Below, piece by piece: positions 1 through 10,988 of a DNA stretch of 64,000 nucleotides. A model generated the notes under the pieces. The model did not search any database, was not told the DNA's origin, and saw only the letters and a program-made list of their open reading frames with translations. This DNA is from a virus: positions 507-64,506 of IMG/VR virus record IMGVR_UViG_3300043478_000082. The stretch is one strand, 5' to 3'. Made by a program: the position numbers and the translations under genes. The first letter of the stretch is position 1; the number at the start of each line of letters is the position of its first letter.

Positions 1-3000
1 ATCGACGCCGAGCTGAGCCTCAACAGCACCAGCGCGCGCGCCGAGCTGCGGAAGTTCCAGGAGGCCGCGAACCGCATCGGTGCCGAGATCGAGCTGGGAC
101 TGAGCGACAAGTCGAAGTCCGAGTTGAAGGCGCAGCTCGCCGCCATCGACGAGCAGATCGACGACATCGACGCCGTTGTCGGCATCGAGCTGTCACCGGG
201 CGCACGGTCGCAGCTCGAAGCGCAGCTCAAGGAGTTGCAGAAGACCGCCGAGCAGTTCAGCGAGATCAAGCTCCAGGCCAGCCTCACCGGCCAGGCCAAC
301 ATCAACGCGGCGCTGAAGCAGATCGAGGAGCAGGTCCGCACGATCGAGTTCCGCCTCGACGCCGACCCCGCGGCCTTGCAGGCGAAGCTCGCCGAGCTGT
401 CCTCGAAGAAGGAGGACATCGAGTTCCAGCTCCGGATCGACGAGAAGTCGCGGGCGATCATGGAGGCGCAGCTCCAGCGCATCGGGATCGAAGACCGCAC
501 GATCGAGATGCGGGCGATCCTCGACGAGAAGCAGGCGCTGGCCCAGCTCCGCGCGTTGCAGAACGTCCAGATCGACCTCGGCCTCAGCACCGATCAGGCG
601 ACCGCCCTGTACGAGTCGTGGAAGGAGCGACTGGAGGCCCAGAAGGTCGAGGCCAGGATCACCGGTGACTTCACCGACTTCAACCTGAGCATCCGCGAGC
701 TGAAGGCGAAGCTCGCGCTAGAGCAGTTCGAGGCGAAGATCGACGCCGACGTGGCGGGGGCGCTGGCGAGCGTCCAGATCCTCGAAGAGGCCATCGCCAA
801 CGACGACTTCTCGATCCCGGTCGACGCCGATCTGACCAAGGCGCGCGCCGCGATCACGTTGTTCCGCGAGATCCAGCAGCACAACGACATCGAGCTGCCG
901 GTGGACATCGACGTCGATGCGCTGGACGCCGCGCTGGCCCGGATGGAGGCGACGGCGGCGGCTGGCGGCGACAAGGCGGGCAGTGCCTTCGGCACGTCGT
1001 TCGGCGGCGGAGCGAACAAGGGCTTCTCGCTCATCCCCGGCCAGATCGCGCAGTGGGCGCCGCTCATCGGCATCGCCCTGGGTCCCGCCGTGCAGGTGCT
1101 GGAGGGTGCGCTCGGCGGTGCCATCCAGGTGGTGTCGTCGGCCTTCTCAGCGCTGGGTGGAGCGGCCGGAGCCGCGGCTCCGATCGTCGCCGGGCTCGGT
1201 GCCGTGATGGGCGCGGTCGTCATCGGCTCGCTCGGCATGGGCAAGGCGATCAAGGCCAGCTCCGAAGCCTTCACCGAGATGGAGGACACGGGCACCGTCA
1301 GCGAGGCGACCTTGAAGAAGGTCGACAAGGCGATGCGCCAACTGACCCCCGCAGCGCGCGGCGTGGCGCAGGAGATCGCCGCGATGCTCCCGCAGTTCCG
1401 GGATCTCCAGAACATCGTGTCCTCCCACCTCTTCGCGGGGATGGGGGCCGAGCTGCACGCGCTCAGCGCGGAGACGATCCCCGACATCGCCGCCTCGCTG
1501 GTGCTGGCGGGCGACAGCGCCAACCGATTCGGCAAGCAGATGCTGGACGCGATCCGCGGCATCGACTTCACCGGCACCTTCGCTGCCATCCAGCCCGCGA
1601 TCGACTCGCTCGGGCGGGCCATCGCCAACGTCGTGCGGGCCATCGAGCCCTTCCTGAAGGCGGCAGCTCCGGCAGCCCGGGAACTGGCGTCATGGATCGA
1701 GGACGCATCCAAGTCGTTCCTCAACATGGTCCGCGCCGGGGCCGGGAGCGGCGCCATCACCAAGTTCCTGCTGGAGGGCGTCGAGAGCCTGAAGGACTGG
1801 GCGCGGCTGGTCGGCGCGGTCGGGGATGCCCTGTTCACCTTGTTCCAGGCGGGCAAGTCCGGCGGCGACGGCATGGTCAAGTCGCTGACCGACATCGTTA
1901 ACAAGTTCGACGCCTGGATGGAGTCGGCCAAGGGTCAGAGGGCTCTCACGGACTTCTTCGCCACCAGCCGTCAGCTCCTCAGTGACCTGGTCCCGCTCTT
2001 CAAGGGCGTGGCGGACGGCATCGGCAGCATCGTGTCGCCAGCCGCAGGGGGCAGTTTCCGGCAGCTCACCACCGGGCTCGGCGACGTCGCGCGGGTGGCG
2101 GGCGAGCTGATCAACGTGTTCAACCGCATGAACATCACGGGGACCGTGGTGTCGGCGTTCGCAGCCTTCGCCCGCGCCCTGGAGCCGATCATCCCGGCGC
2201 TGGATCAGGTGGCCGATGCGATCGCCATCAACCTGGCCTCGGCAGTGCGGCTGCTCAACCCGCTGATCTCGGGACTGGCGAGCGTCATCGGCTTCGTGGC
2301 CGACGCCTTCAACTCGCTGTCCGGCCCAGTGCAGACCGTCGTCCTCGTGCTCGGCACCTTGATCGCCCTGGGGCCGAAGATCGGCAGCGGGCTGAGCAGC
2401 ATCGGCACCGCCTTCACGTCGCTGAAGACGAACATCGACCTCATCCCCACCTCCGCGGGGCTGGCGCGGCTGGCGCTGTCGGAGATCGGCACCGGCATCA
2501 AGAACCTCGACTTCTCGGCCATCGGCGCGGGCGTGAAGAACCTCGGTGAGTCGGTCAGTCAGTTGGCGAAGGGGGTCGGCGCGGCGTCGGGCGTGGCGAT
2601 GGCGTCGGCCCTCGGCATCGCCTTCGGCATCCAGTTGGCCGTCGAGTCCGACAACATCGCCGGGAAGATCCAGGGGATCGGGACGATCATCGCGTCGACC
2701 TTCGCTGCCTTCGCGGCGGGAGGACCCATCCTGGCTGGCATCTCGCTGGCTCTCGGCGGCGTCACCGCGCTGTTCCAGGCCAGCGCGAACGAGGCGAAGA
2801 AGGCCAAGGCCGAGGTCGACGAGTACGTCAACGCGATCGGCGGCATCGGCCCCGCCTTCAACAAGATCAACTTCGTCAAGGAGGTCCTCACCAACCTCCA
2901 GGACGAGCAGGAGTCGACCCGTCAGGGCTTCCTGAAGATGGGCGTCTCCATCGGCGACTGGGCCGCGAACCTCGCCAACGGTGGCAACGCAGCATCCGCC

Positions 3001-5082
3001 ATGATCACGATGCTGGACAAGATCGGCCCCGCCGGGCAGGAGGTGGCGAAGGGGCTGAAGGACGGCTCCGTCTCGGCGTTGGACTTCAACAACGTCCTCC
3101 AGATCGTGGCCGCGGGCGGGACCGGCACGAACGAGGCGCTCGGCCTCACCACCGAGAACATGCACGCCATGATCGACGCCTTCGGGGCGGCGGGCGTCTC
3201 CGGTGACCAGGTCGTCGAGATGTTCGACTTCCTGAGCGACGAGGGCAGTGAGACCAGCAAGGCGATGGCTGAGCTGGTGCTCCGCAACAAGGAGGCCGGG
3301 TCAGCCCTCGAAGACCTGAGCAACAACGGCGACAAGGCCGCCGATGGCCTCGACGCCACCGCCGACGCCAGCGCCAAGGCTGCCGAGCAACTGGTCAAGC
3401 TGAACACAGAACTCTCCAACGCCGATGGGAAGGCGAAGGCCACAGCCGAGGGGTTCGACTCGATCACGGACGCCGTGTTCGGCATCGCCGGTCCGATGAG
3501 CACCGTGGAACGGTCGATGGCTGGGGTCGGCAAGGCAGCCGACGCGGCGGCCGAGGCTTCGGACGCGATGGGCAAGGCCCTCGACACGCTGATCAGCCCG
3601 GCGCTGGATGCCGAGGGGGCGCTGTCGGGCTACCGCGCCGCTGTCGATGACCTCGCCACGTCGCTGAAGGACAACGGCACCTCGCTCGACCTCAACACCG
3701 AGAAGGGCCGCGCCAACCGGGAGCAGATCCGCACCAACATCGAGGCGATCGAGGCATACGGGAAGGCGGCGATCGCGGGCGGTGACGACCAGGCTCACGT
3801 CACGCAGTCGATGGAGGACATGCGAGCCGAGCTGGTCAATCAGGTCGCTGCGTTCACCGGCAGCACGGAAGCGGCTGAGGCATACGTCAACCAGCTCGGA
3901 CTGACCCCGGAGAACATCAGCACCGTCGTCAACACACCAGGGCTCCTGGAAGCCTCGCAGACGATCCTCTCCTACGACAACGACCTCGACGGCATCGACG
4001 ATCGCGTCGACACCGAGTTCTCGGCCACCAACCTCGAAGTGGTCAAGTCGAAGCTCGCCGAGTACGGCGTCGACCTCAGCGGCATCCCTGACGACGTGCT
4101 GACCAAGTTCCTCCAGGAGAACTGGCAGGCCGTCCACGATGCGGCGACGGGCTTGGCGACCGATGCTCAGACGGTCACCGACACGCCTGCCGTGGTGACG
4201 GCGACGTCGGAGGGCTTCCCTGGGGTGACTGATCAGATCGCGGGGGTCGCCAACGGCATGTTCGGCATCGACAGCACCCCGGCCACGGCGACCGTCAACG
4301 CCGAGGGCATCGAGCAGACCAACACCGGCATCGAGGGCGTCGACTCGAACATGAAGGACCTCGACGGCAAGACGGCCAAGCCGCAGGTCGAGCTGACCAA
4401 CAACCTCATCGTGCTGGCCGTGATCGCGACCATCGCAGACCAGGTGAAGAAGCTCGGCGCGATGAAGGCGGCACCCGACGTGACGGTCCCCAACTTCGGC
4501 CTGGTGGTCGGCCAGACCGCCGTGATGATCGCGCTGCTCAACTCGCTCAACACGACGACGGCCAAGCCGCAGGTGTCGGTGCCCGGCTACGGGACCGTCG
4601 CCGGTCAGCTCGCTGCGCTCCTCGCGCTGGTCATCACGCTCGACAACTCCAGCGCCTCGGTGAGCGTGTCGACGCCGGGCCTCAGCACGGCGATCAACGA
4701 CTTCCGTACGTTGCAGAACCTGCTCAACTCGATCAACGGGAAGGTCGTCACGACGACGACGAAGAACATCACGCAGAACATCACCCAGACCATCGGAGGA
4801 GGCATGGCGGGCATGATGATCAACGGTCCGCAGACGCTGAACGTCGGTGAGCGTGGGCTGCGCGAGGCGCTGATCCCGCTCGACTTGCCGCTCAGTCGCG
4901 TCGACCCATCGGTGCGGGCGATGGCCGAGGCGCTGCGCGGAGGTGGTGGCGGTGTCCCCGCGGCTGGCAGCATCGGACGCCAGGTGAACGTCTACAACTC
5001 GATCGAGGTCAACTCCACGTCCGCCGACCCCGTGGCGGTCGCCACGCAGGTCGTCAACCGCGCTGCGGCGATGGCGAACTGA
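1..5082 (+). CDS. Tape measure protein (5' end outside window)
   Basis: Frame is open from base 1 (ATC GAC GCC...) to TGA 5082, >1690 aa. Ala/Gly/Leu-rich amphipathic helical protein directly upstream of the minor tail genes. Confidence 0.9.
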   Translation: MDAELSLNSTSARAELRKFQEAANRIGAEIELGLSDKSKSELKAQLAAIDEQIDDIDAVVGIELSPGARSQLEAQLKELQKTAEQFSEIKLQASLTGQANINAALKQIEEQVRTIEFRLDADPAALQAKLAELSSKKEDIEFQLRIDEKSRAIMEAQLQRIGIEDRTIEMRAILDEKQALAQLRALQNVQIDLGLSTDQATALYESWKERLEAQKVEARITGDFTDFNLSIRELKAKLALEQFEAKIDADVAGALASVQILEEAIANDDFSIPVDADLTKARAAITLFREIQQHNDIELPVDIDVDALDAALARMEATAAAGGDKAGSAFGTSFGGGANKGFSLIPGQIAQWAPLIGIALGPAVQVLEGALGGAIQVVSSAFSALGGAAGAAAPIVAGLGAVMGAVVIGSLGMGKAIKASSEAFTEMEDTGTVSEATLKKVDKAMRQLTPAARGVAQEIAAMLPQFRDLQNIVSSHLFAGMGAELHALSAETIPDIAASLVLAGDSANRFGKQMLDAIRGIDFTGTFAAIQPAIDSLGRAIANVVRAIEPFLKAAAPAARELASWIEDASKSFLNMVRAGAGSGAITKFLLEGVESLKDWARLVGAVGDALFTLFQAGKSGGDGMVKSLTDIVNKFDAWMESAKGQRALTDFFATSRQLLSDLVPLFKGVADGIGSIVSPAAGGSFRQLTTGLGDVARVAGELINVFNRMNITGTVVSAFAAFARALEPIIPALDQVADAIAINLASAVRLLNPLISGLASVIGFVADAFNSLSGPVQTVVLVLGTLIALGPKIGSGLSSIGTAFTSLKTNIDLIPTSAGLARLALSEIGTGIKNLDFSAIGAGVKNLGESVSQLAKGVGAASGVAMASALGIAFGIQLAVESDNIAGKIQGIGTIIASTFAAFAAGGPILAGISLALGGVTALFQASANEAKKAKAEVDEYVNAIGGIGPAFNKINFVKEVLTNLQDEQESTRQGFLKMGVSIGDWAANLANGGNAASAMITMLDKIGPAGQEVAKGLKDGSVSALDFNNVLQIVAAGGTGTNEALGLTTENMHAMIDAFGAAGVSGDQVVEMFDFLSDEGSETSKAMAELVLRNKEAGSALEDLSNNGDKAADGLDATADASAKAAEQLVKLNTELSNADGKAKATAEGFDSITDAVFGIAGPMSTVERSMAGVGKAADAAAEASDAMGKALDTLISPALDAEGALSGYRAAVDDLATSLKDNGTSLDLNTEKGRANREQIRTNIEAIEAYGKAAIAGGDDQAHVTQSMEDMRAELVNQVAAFTGSTEAAEAYVNQLGLTPENISTVVNTPGLLEASQTILSYDNDLDGIDDRVDTEFSATNLEVVKSKLAEYGVDLSGIPDDVLTKFLQENWQAVHDAATGLATDAQTVTDTPAVVTATSEGFPGVTDQIAGVANGMFGIDSTPATATVNAEGIEQTNTGIEGVDSNMKDLDGKTAKPQVELTNNLIVLAVIATIADQVKKLGAMKAAPDVTVPNFGLVVGQTAVMIALLNSLNTTTAKPQVSVPGYGTVAGQLAALLALVITLDNSSASVSVSTPGLSTAINDFRTLQNLLNSINGKVVTTTTKNITQNITQTIGGGMAGMMINGPQTLNVGERGLREALIPLDLPLSRVDPSVRAMAEALRGGGGGVPAAGSIGRQVNVYNSIEVNSTSADPVAVATQVVNRAAAMAN

Positions 5083-5083
5083 C

Positions 5084-6022
5084 ATGTACGTCGGCTACAT
5101 CAGCATCGGCTCCGACGATCCGTTCGCGTCGCCACCACTGAACGCCACTGAGGTCGTGAACAACCCTCGGGCCTACGCCTATGCGAACTGGGCCGGGCTC
5201 GACTGGCTCGTCCCTTGCGACGACTGCGACGGCGTAATCGACGTGACCTCGGAGGGCAGGGGCTACCTCTCACCGATCACCGACCCAGCCCCGTGGTACG
5301 ACCCGGACAACCCCGACTCGTGGGCCTTCCTCGGCGTCGCCGGGATGGAGGTGACGGGAGCCTCCGACTCCACCCGCCAGTCCAACGTCTCGATGAGCCT
5401 GTCCGGCATCGGCGTGATGGGACCCATCTACATGGGCCCGCGCACGATGGTCGTGCGGGCGCTCGTCGTCGCCACCGACGACTGTGGCCTGGAGTTCGGC
5501 CTCCTGTGGCTGCGGCGCCAGTACACCCTCGTCGTCAACCCGTGCGGTGGTGACCCGCTGACGTTCTTCGACTGCTGCCCGTGCCTGTGTGAGGACGACA
5601 CCAGCGGTGGTCCGTGCTGGGCGACCAACTACACCGAGCTGAGCGACGGGCCGGTCTGCGAGCCAGACTTCTGGCCGACCACCTACGCCGAGCTCATCGT
5701 CGGGCCACCGGCGGAAGACGAAGCGTGGTGCGACTGGCCCGACGTCTACCGCCAGCTCCGCACCGGTCCGCCGCCCTGGTCGTGCTGCATCGACCAGTGC
5801 TTGGTCCCGTACATGCGCCAGTTCCACAACGCTCGCGTCACCACCGGGCCGACCGTGTTGCGTCGCCCGGCGATGTCGTGCGGCTCGCTGGCCGAGGTCG
5901 AGTTCACGCTCGTCGCTGCGGACCCGGCACCGCACACGATGCCGTTCCTATCGGTGCGGGAGTGGATGGGCGGCCTCCCCGACGACATCCTCATCGACGA
6001 GCCGGAGCTGGTGGCTGCCTGA
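5084..6022 (+). CDS. Minor tail protein, distal-tail (Dit)-like, Cys-rich
   Basis: First gene after the tape measure gene. About 15 Cys in 312 aa. Assignment is from synteny. Confidence 0.6.
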   Translation: MYVGYISIGSDDPFASPPLNATEVVNNPRAYAYANWAGLDWLVPCDDCDGVIDVTSEGRGYLSPITDPAPWYDPDNPDSWAFLGVAGMEVTGASDSTRQSNVSMSLSGIGVMGPIYMGPRTMVVRALVVATDDCGLEFGLLWLRRQYTLVVNPCGGDPLTFFDCCPCLCEDDTSGGPCWATNYTELSDGPVCEPDFWPTTYAELIVGPPAEDEAWCDWPDVYRQLRTGPPPWSCCIDQCLVPYMRQFHNARVTTGPTVLRRPAMSCGSLAEVEFTLVAADPAPHTMPFLSVREWMGGLPDDILIDEPELVAA

Positions 6023-6414
6023 TGGCGCAGTGGAAGCGCGCCCGACTGGTCGTCACCGGCGACACACGCGGCGTGTTCCTGGGCGGCGTCATGCCGACGA
6101 TCACGCTGCGTCCGAGCGCCGACACGGGCAAGCTGCGGATCGGTCTGTGGGTCGTCAACGAGCGTCTGGCGGGCTGGCTCGTGCCCTTCCTCCCGGCGAA
6201 CATGGTCTTCACCATCCGCCAGGGCCGCGCCTCGGGCTACGTCGACGGAGTGCTCCAGGACCTGCCCGGTCAGCTCCTCGACTGGGACGGCGCCCGCTGG
6301 CCCGCTCGCAACCAACTGATGCCCCACGGCTCGTTCGTGCTCTCGCTCGACCAGGAGCCCACCAAGGCGATCCCAGTGCTGGTCGACGTCAGCGTCGAAG
6401 CCGTGGAGCTCTGA
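6022..6414 (+). CDS. Minor tail protein, hypothetical
   Basis: ATG 6022 overlaps the previous TGA, in the frame of ORF 5614..6414 (MAQWKRARLVV...). Confidence 0.6.
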   Translation: MAQWKRARLVVTGDTRGVFLGGVMPTITLRPSADTGKLRIGLWVVNERLAGWLVPFLPANMVFTIRQGRASGYVDGVLQDLPGQLLDWDGARWPARNQLMPHGSFVLSLDQEPTKAIPVLVDVSVEAVEL

Positions 6415-7526
6415 TGCCGTTCTTCTGCGGGCGACACCGCGCCTTCATCTACGAGCGTGGCGGCGTCAACCTCATCGCGGAGATCGAGCCCCTCACGGCC
6501 GTGCGCTGGCAGCGGATCCGTGACGACGTGTCGACGGCCGAGATTCGCGTGCCGACCCACTACTGCTGCGAGATCCTCGGTGACCTCCGCACGGTGAAGC
6601 ACGAGCTCCACCTGTACCGCAACGACCTACCGGTGTGGGAGGGGCCGATCACCCGCATCGAATACGAGTTCGAGCAGGCCAGCATCTTCGCCGCCGACGT
6701 CCTGTGGCAGGCGACGCGCACGGTGCTGAACGAGGGATACAACCAGGCGTACCCGAACATCGGCAACGCCATCGACCGCATGGACTGGCTGATGCGGGAC
6801 AAGACCTTCGAGCTGTACGGAGATCCGTGGAACGTGGCGACCGCCGGGCACCTCCATCCGCTGCATCACGCCGGTGATCCGAAGACCGCCCGCGTCGTCA
6901 ACGCCTGGCAGTTCTACACCTGGGAGGACTTCGACAAGTACGCCGAGGACTACGGCACCGACTACACGGTGGTCGGTCGCGACATCTACTACTTCGACCT
7001 CAACCTGGCCTGGAAGATCATCCCGCCGCTCGACGAGAACTACCTCAGCCAGTTCCCGCGCATCGTCGAGTACGGGAACCAGGCGGCGACGCGCGGGGTG
7101 GTCACCAACGGTCACGGCTACGCCGGGGTGTCCGAGTTCCCGGCGCCCGCCCTGATCGACGAGTGGGGTCACATCGACTGGCTGGTCACCAACGAGAGCG
7201 ACGGCCAGCTCGACAACGTCCCCACGCCGGAGGAGATCGCGACGTGGGAGGCGACGGCGGCGCGCAACATCAACGATCGCGTCCCACCACCCGTCGCCAT
7301 CGTCATCCCCGCCAACACGACGCTCCTGCCCGGCGGTCCGTGGTTGATCGAGGACCTCGTGCCCGGCGCCTGGTTCCAGGCCGACGTGACTCGCCTGTGC
7401 CGCTCGGTGTCGGAGTACCAGCGCATCCACGAGGTCGTCGTGACCGAGCAAGCTCCTGACGGTGAGACGGTGCAGTTCAGCGCGGTCAGTGCACCGGCCT
7501 CGATGGTGATGCCGGAGGACCCCTGA
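6414..7526 (+). CDS. Minor tail protein (baseplate hub/Tal-like)
   Basis: ATG 6414 is coupled to the previous stop ([11 protein letters not shown]...). [13 protein letters not shown] and VWEGPI segments resemble siphovirus hub proteins; synteny agrees. Confidence 0.65.
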   Translation: MPFFCGRHRAFIYERGGVNLIAEIEPLTAVRWQRIRDDVSTAEIRVPTHYCCEILGDLRTVKHELHLYRNDLPVWEGPITRIEYEFEQASIFAADVLWQATRTVLNEGYNQAYPNIGNAIDRMDWLMRDKTFELYGDPWNVATAGHLHPLHHAGDPKTARVVNAWQFYTWEDFDKYAEDYGTDYTVVGRDIYYFDLNLAWKIIPPLDENYLSQFPRIVEYGNQAATRGVVTNGHGYAGVSEFPAPALIDEWGHIDWLVTNESDGQLDNVPTPEEIATWEATAARNINDRVPPPVAIVIPANTTLLPGGPWLIEDLVPGAWFQADVTRLCRSVSEYQRIHEVVVTEQAPDGETVQFSAVSAPASMVMPEDP

Positions 7527-9319
7527 TGGCGAAGATCCCCGGTGACCGTGAGAGCCTCCCGGCGTACCTGCGTGACCTCGACACGCGCCTGACGCGCCAG
7601 GAGCGCCACGTCCACAACGGGCTCGGCTCAGGTGGCGGGCCGATCGGCCCTCCTGGTCCCACGGGTCCTATGGGACCGACAGGCCCACCGGGGACCGGAG
7701 CCACCGGCCCCACCGGACCAGTGGGCGGAACGGGCGTCGCTGGACCGACTGGTCCGACCGGACCGAACGGCGCGACCGGAGCGACCGGCTCACCTGGTCT
7801 GACAGGACCCACGGGTCCTGCCGGTCCGACCGGCGCCACCGGCGCGACGGGCGCGACCGGAGCGACTGGCCCGGCTGGCTCGACGCCGCAATCCGTCGTC
7901 GCGGCGACGACCGGCAACATCACGCTGTCGGGACTTCAGACCATCGACGGTGTCGCCGTCACGGCGGGCCAGCGCGTGCTGGTCAAGAGCCAGACCGACT
8001 GGCGACAGCACGGCATCTACATCGCCGCCGCAGGAGCATGGACGCGCGCTCCTGACATGGACGCCAACGGCGAGATCGCCGGGACCGTCACCTACGTCCA
8101 GGGCGGGACGCTCAACCACAACACGACGTGGGGCGTGGCCACCCCGACCCTCACCGACACCGGCTTCGTGCTCGGCACCAACGACATCACCTGGGCACGC
8201 ATCGGCGCCCAGCCTCCGGCGTACGTCGGTCCGTGGCGCACCGGCGCCGCTGCTGTGGACATCAACACGGCGCAGTTCGGCAACGTCCTGGCCGGGATGC
8301 TGCGGGAGGGAATGCACGTCGACGCCTCGGGCTTCGTGCGGTTCTACAGCCGTACCGGCGTCGTGGCGGGTGGGTCCCAGATCCAGTTCCACGAGGTCGC
8401 TCCCGACCACGTGACGACGCAGTGGATCGCGTCGCTCATCAACAGCCGGTTGCAGGTCGGCGACATCTGCATCGGCAACCAGCCCAACCACAATCTGTGG
8501 GGCGTCTGGATCGCCTCGTCGGAGAGTGCCGGGACCTACATGATGTTGCGCGGCAGCGGCGGCGAGCTGTTCCTGAACGCGGGGTCGGGGCAGATCATCG
8601 GGCTCCGCCACGGCAACGCCTCGATGATGGATGTCAGCCCTGGCCTCGTGGCGGCCAGCGGGAGATTCCAGACCGGCTTCAACTCTCCAGACACGGTCTG
8701 GCCCAACGCTCAGTTCTTGGGCATCCCAGCCGTTGGCGGTCAGCAGTGCCGGATCGCCCTCCAGTCGCCAGGGGTCGCGCCACAGATGCGCTCCTACGCC
8801 CCCGAGGGCGAGATCATCTCGGTGATCAACAACCTGGCGAGCGCCTTCACCGTGATCCAGGCGTCGGCGTTCAGTGTCGCTTCGTCCAGGACCATCAAGC
8901 GCGGCGTGCGCTCACTGCGCGACAGCGAGCGTGCCGCCGTCCATCACGACGTCCGCGCCGACGTCGTGCCCGAGCCAGAGATCATGTCCCTGCGCCCGGT
9001 GGCCTTCCGCCCCAAGGTCCCAGCGCTGCGGATCGTCCCAACCGAAGGCGAGAGCTACACCGCCGACGACCCGGACTCGTGGCGGTCCGAGCCACAGGTG
9101 GGCATCCTCGGCCACGAGGGCACCCGCGAACGCCTCGGCCTCATCGCTGAGGAAGTTGAGACGGTGATCCCCTCCGCCGTCATCCACAACCAGGACGGCG
9201 ACACGTTGAGCATCGACTACGCGCAGGTCACCGTCGCCCTGCTCGATCATGTGCAAGAGCTGACCCGCACCGTGGAGACGTTGCGATACCGCCTCGCAGA
9301 ACTTGAAGGAGAATCATGA
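7526..9319 (+). CDS. Tail fibre with collagen-like (Gly-X-Y) repeats and C-terminal peptidase S74-type intramolecular chaperone
   Basis: About 27 GPT/GAT triplets and an [18 protein letters not shown] module. The C-terminus SSRTIK...LRPVAF...[12 protein letters not shown]...[17 protein letters not shown] is typical of autocleaving chaperones. Confidence 0.85.
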   Translation: MAKIPGDRESLPAYLRDLDTRLTRQERHVHNGLGSGGGPIGPPGPTGPMGPTGPPGTGATGPTGPVGGTGVAGPTGPTGPNGATGATGSPGLTGPTGPAGPTGATGATGATGATGPAGSTPQSVVAATTGNITLSGLQTIDGVAVTAGQRVLVKSQTDWRQHGIYIAAAGAWTRAPDMDANGEIAGTVTYVQGGTLNHNTTWGVATPTLTDTGFVLGTNDITWARIGAQPPAYVGPWRTGAAAVDINTAQFGNVLAGMLREGMHVDASGFVRFYSRTGVVAGGSQIQFHEVAPDHVTTQWIASLINSRLQVGDICIGNQPNHNLWGVWIASSESAGTYMMLRGSGGELFLNAGSGQIIGLRHGNASMMDVSPGLVAASGRFQTGFNSPDTVWPNAQFLGIPAVGGQQCRIALQSPGVAPQMRSYAPEGEIISVINNLASAFTVIQASAFSVASSRTIKRGVRSLRDSERAAVHHDVRADVVPEPEIMSLRPVAFRPKVPALRIVPTEGESYTADDPDSWRSEPQVGILGHEGTRERLGLIAEEVETVIPSAVIHNQDGDTLSIDYAQVTVALLDHVQELTRTVETLRYRLAELEGES

Positions 9320-9645
9320 GCGCATCCTCGATCAACCGAGCCGCCAACGACGCGCAGCTCCAAGCCCGCGTCATCGCGATGGCGCAGCGGGAGATCATCT
9401 TCAACGCCGACCTCGCCGCGACGACCTTCGGGCGCCAGCTCGCCACCGGGATGATCCAGGTGCAGCCGCTGATGTGGCCCGTCGCCGTGGACAACGAGGC
9501 TGCGTACGAGTCGGCTGAGCTGGCTGGGCGAGGCGCTCCTGGCCACGACGTCGACATCATCACCGACGCCAACATCACCGCCTCGCTCGTCACCCACTGG
9601 CCGTACGCGTCCGGCGAGGGTCCGAACGCTGAGCCAGCAGCGTGA
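9316..9645 (+). CDS. Hypothetical tail-associated protein
   Basis: ATGA overlap with the fibre gene; RBS GAAGGAG. Confidence 0.6.
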   Translation: MSASSINRAANDAQLQARVIAMAQREIIFNADLAATTFGRQLATGMIQVQPLMWPVAVDNEAAYESAELAGRGAPGHDVDIITDANITASLVTHWPYASGEGPNAEPAA

Positions 9646-9678
9646 CCATCACTACAGTTCGAGCGGCGAGGAGGGACG

Positions 9679-10452
9679 ATGCCTGCTGACACCACCTGTC
9701 GCGACTATCCGTACCCGGTAGACGGCGACCCGATCGACGTCGCTGGCGACATCAAGCGCCTGGCCGACGCCGTTGACGCAGACGTGTGCGCCATCGCTGG
9801 TCAGCTCGGTGCTGGCGTACCGATCGGCACCCTGCTCATCTCCGCGCTGGTGACCGAGCCGATCGGGTTCGTCTTCTGTCGCGGCCAGGCGCTCGATCGC
9901 ACGACCTACGCCGCACTGTTCGCAGCGATCGGCACTCGCTACGGAGCAGGGAACGGCACGTCGACCTTCAACGTGCCGAACATGCAGGCCACGCTCCCGG
10001 TCGGCTTCAACACCAACGTCAACCCCCCGGCGGGCGTCACCACCGCCTTCAGCACCGCGCTCGGTGAGCGCGGTGGCTCGACGAACGCCACGCTGCCGAG
10101 CCACCAGCACGCGGGCACCGATCACCTCCACGGCATCAATCAGTTCACCGGTCCCGAGAACGCGGCTCACAGCCACAACATCAACATGGGCGAGGTTTAC
10201 CGGTACAACCCGTTCGTGCCGGTCGGCTACCACGCCGGAGGCTCGCCGGGCGACGGTTCGCCGTTCGACATCCTCAACACCAACGGCCTCGCCACCGCTG
10301 GCGAGAACCAGAACCACGTCCACGCGATGAACGCAGCGACCGACGCCGCCGACCGCAACCTGGCGACCGGCTTCACCGGCGTCAGCCCGAACGGGGCGAA
10401 CTACCCGCCGTGCCAGTCGTTCAACTACATCATCAAGGCGGTGAGTGGCTGA
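9679..10452 (+). CDS. Phage tail-collar domain protein
   Basis: PIGT...GFVFCRGQALDRTTYAALFAAIGTRYGAGNGTSTFNVPN motif plus HxH repeats; RBS GAGGAGG. Confidence 0.85.
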   Translation: MPADTTCRDYPYPVDGDPIDVAGDIKRLADAVDADVCAIAGQLGAGVPIGTLLISALVTEPIGFVFCRGQALDRTTYAALFAAIGTRYGAGNGTSTFNVPNMQATLPVGFNTNVNPPAGVTTAFSTALGERGGSTNATLPSHQHAGTDHLHGINQFTGPENAAHSHNINMGEVYRYNPFVPVGYHAGGSPGDGSPFDILNTNGLATAGENQNHVHAMNAATDAADRNLATGFTGVSPNGANYPPCQSFNYIIKAVSG

Positions 10453-10979
10453 TGGCTCGGTGCCGGTGCGCTTCAGAGAACTGCACCTGCCAGCTCCGCG
10501 GTGGACCTGGCGTCGCCATCGCTGGCTCGGGTGCGGTGAGCAATCCGTGGGTGATCAGCTTCACGCCGAACGCGCAGGGCACCCTGACGACGAACGACTC
10601 GCCATCCGTCAACCTCCAGCGCGTCGGCGGGGGCACGCAGCAGGACCCGTTCATCCTCATCGCCCACGCTCAGATCGACCCGCTGATCGACTTCGTGGAC
10701 ACGGCCGAGGTCGACTTCACGGTCACCGGCAACGGCACCGAGGCCAGTCCGTTCGTCGTGTCGGCGGTCATCCCGACGATGGACCTCATCGCCACCGCGG
10801 TCACCGGCGACGTGATGACGATGGATTCGGACGGCATCTGGCGACCGGCGCCCGCCAACGTCGTCGACGAGGCCGTGATCGTGACCGCGGGCGGACTCAG
10901 CGGCGACGGTTCGATCGCCGCGCCGCTGCGCGTCGACCTGTGCACCTACGGTGACCTCCGTGCAGCATGTGCGCCTTAA
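10452..10979 (+). CDS. Hypothetical virion protein (Cys-rich N-terminus)
   Basis: ATG 10452 is coupled to the previous TGA (MARCRCASENCTC...), with repeated G-x-G-T-x-x-x-P-F segments. Confidence 0.6.
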   Translation: MARCRCASENCTCQLRGGPGVAIAGSGAVSNPWVISFTPNAQGTLTTNDSPSVNLQRVGGGTQQDPFILIAHAQIDPLIDFVDTAEVDFTVTGNGTEASPFVVSAVIPTMDLIATAVTGDVMTMDSDGIWRPAPANVVDEAVIVTAGGLSGDGSIAAPLRVDLCTYGDLRAACAP

Positions 10980-10988
10980 ACTCTCTGC

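Noticed and set aside
3301-5085. 594-aa and other long antisense or alternate-frame ORFs over the tape measure, portal, capsid and fibre genes (e.g. 46324..48021, 51553..53328, 58837..60468)
   Set aside because: Shadow ORFs typical of high-GC DNA: Arg/Gly/His-rich, no RBS, fully overlapping well-supported genes.
7640-7880. Tandem 9-18 nt repeats in the fibre genes that could look like CRISPR or VNTR arrays (also 14155-14600 and 58950-60050)
   Set aside because: They are degenerate Gly-X-Y collagen codons without constant repeat/unique spacer structure.
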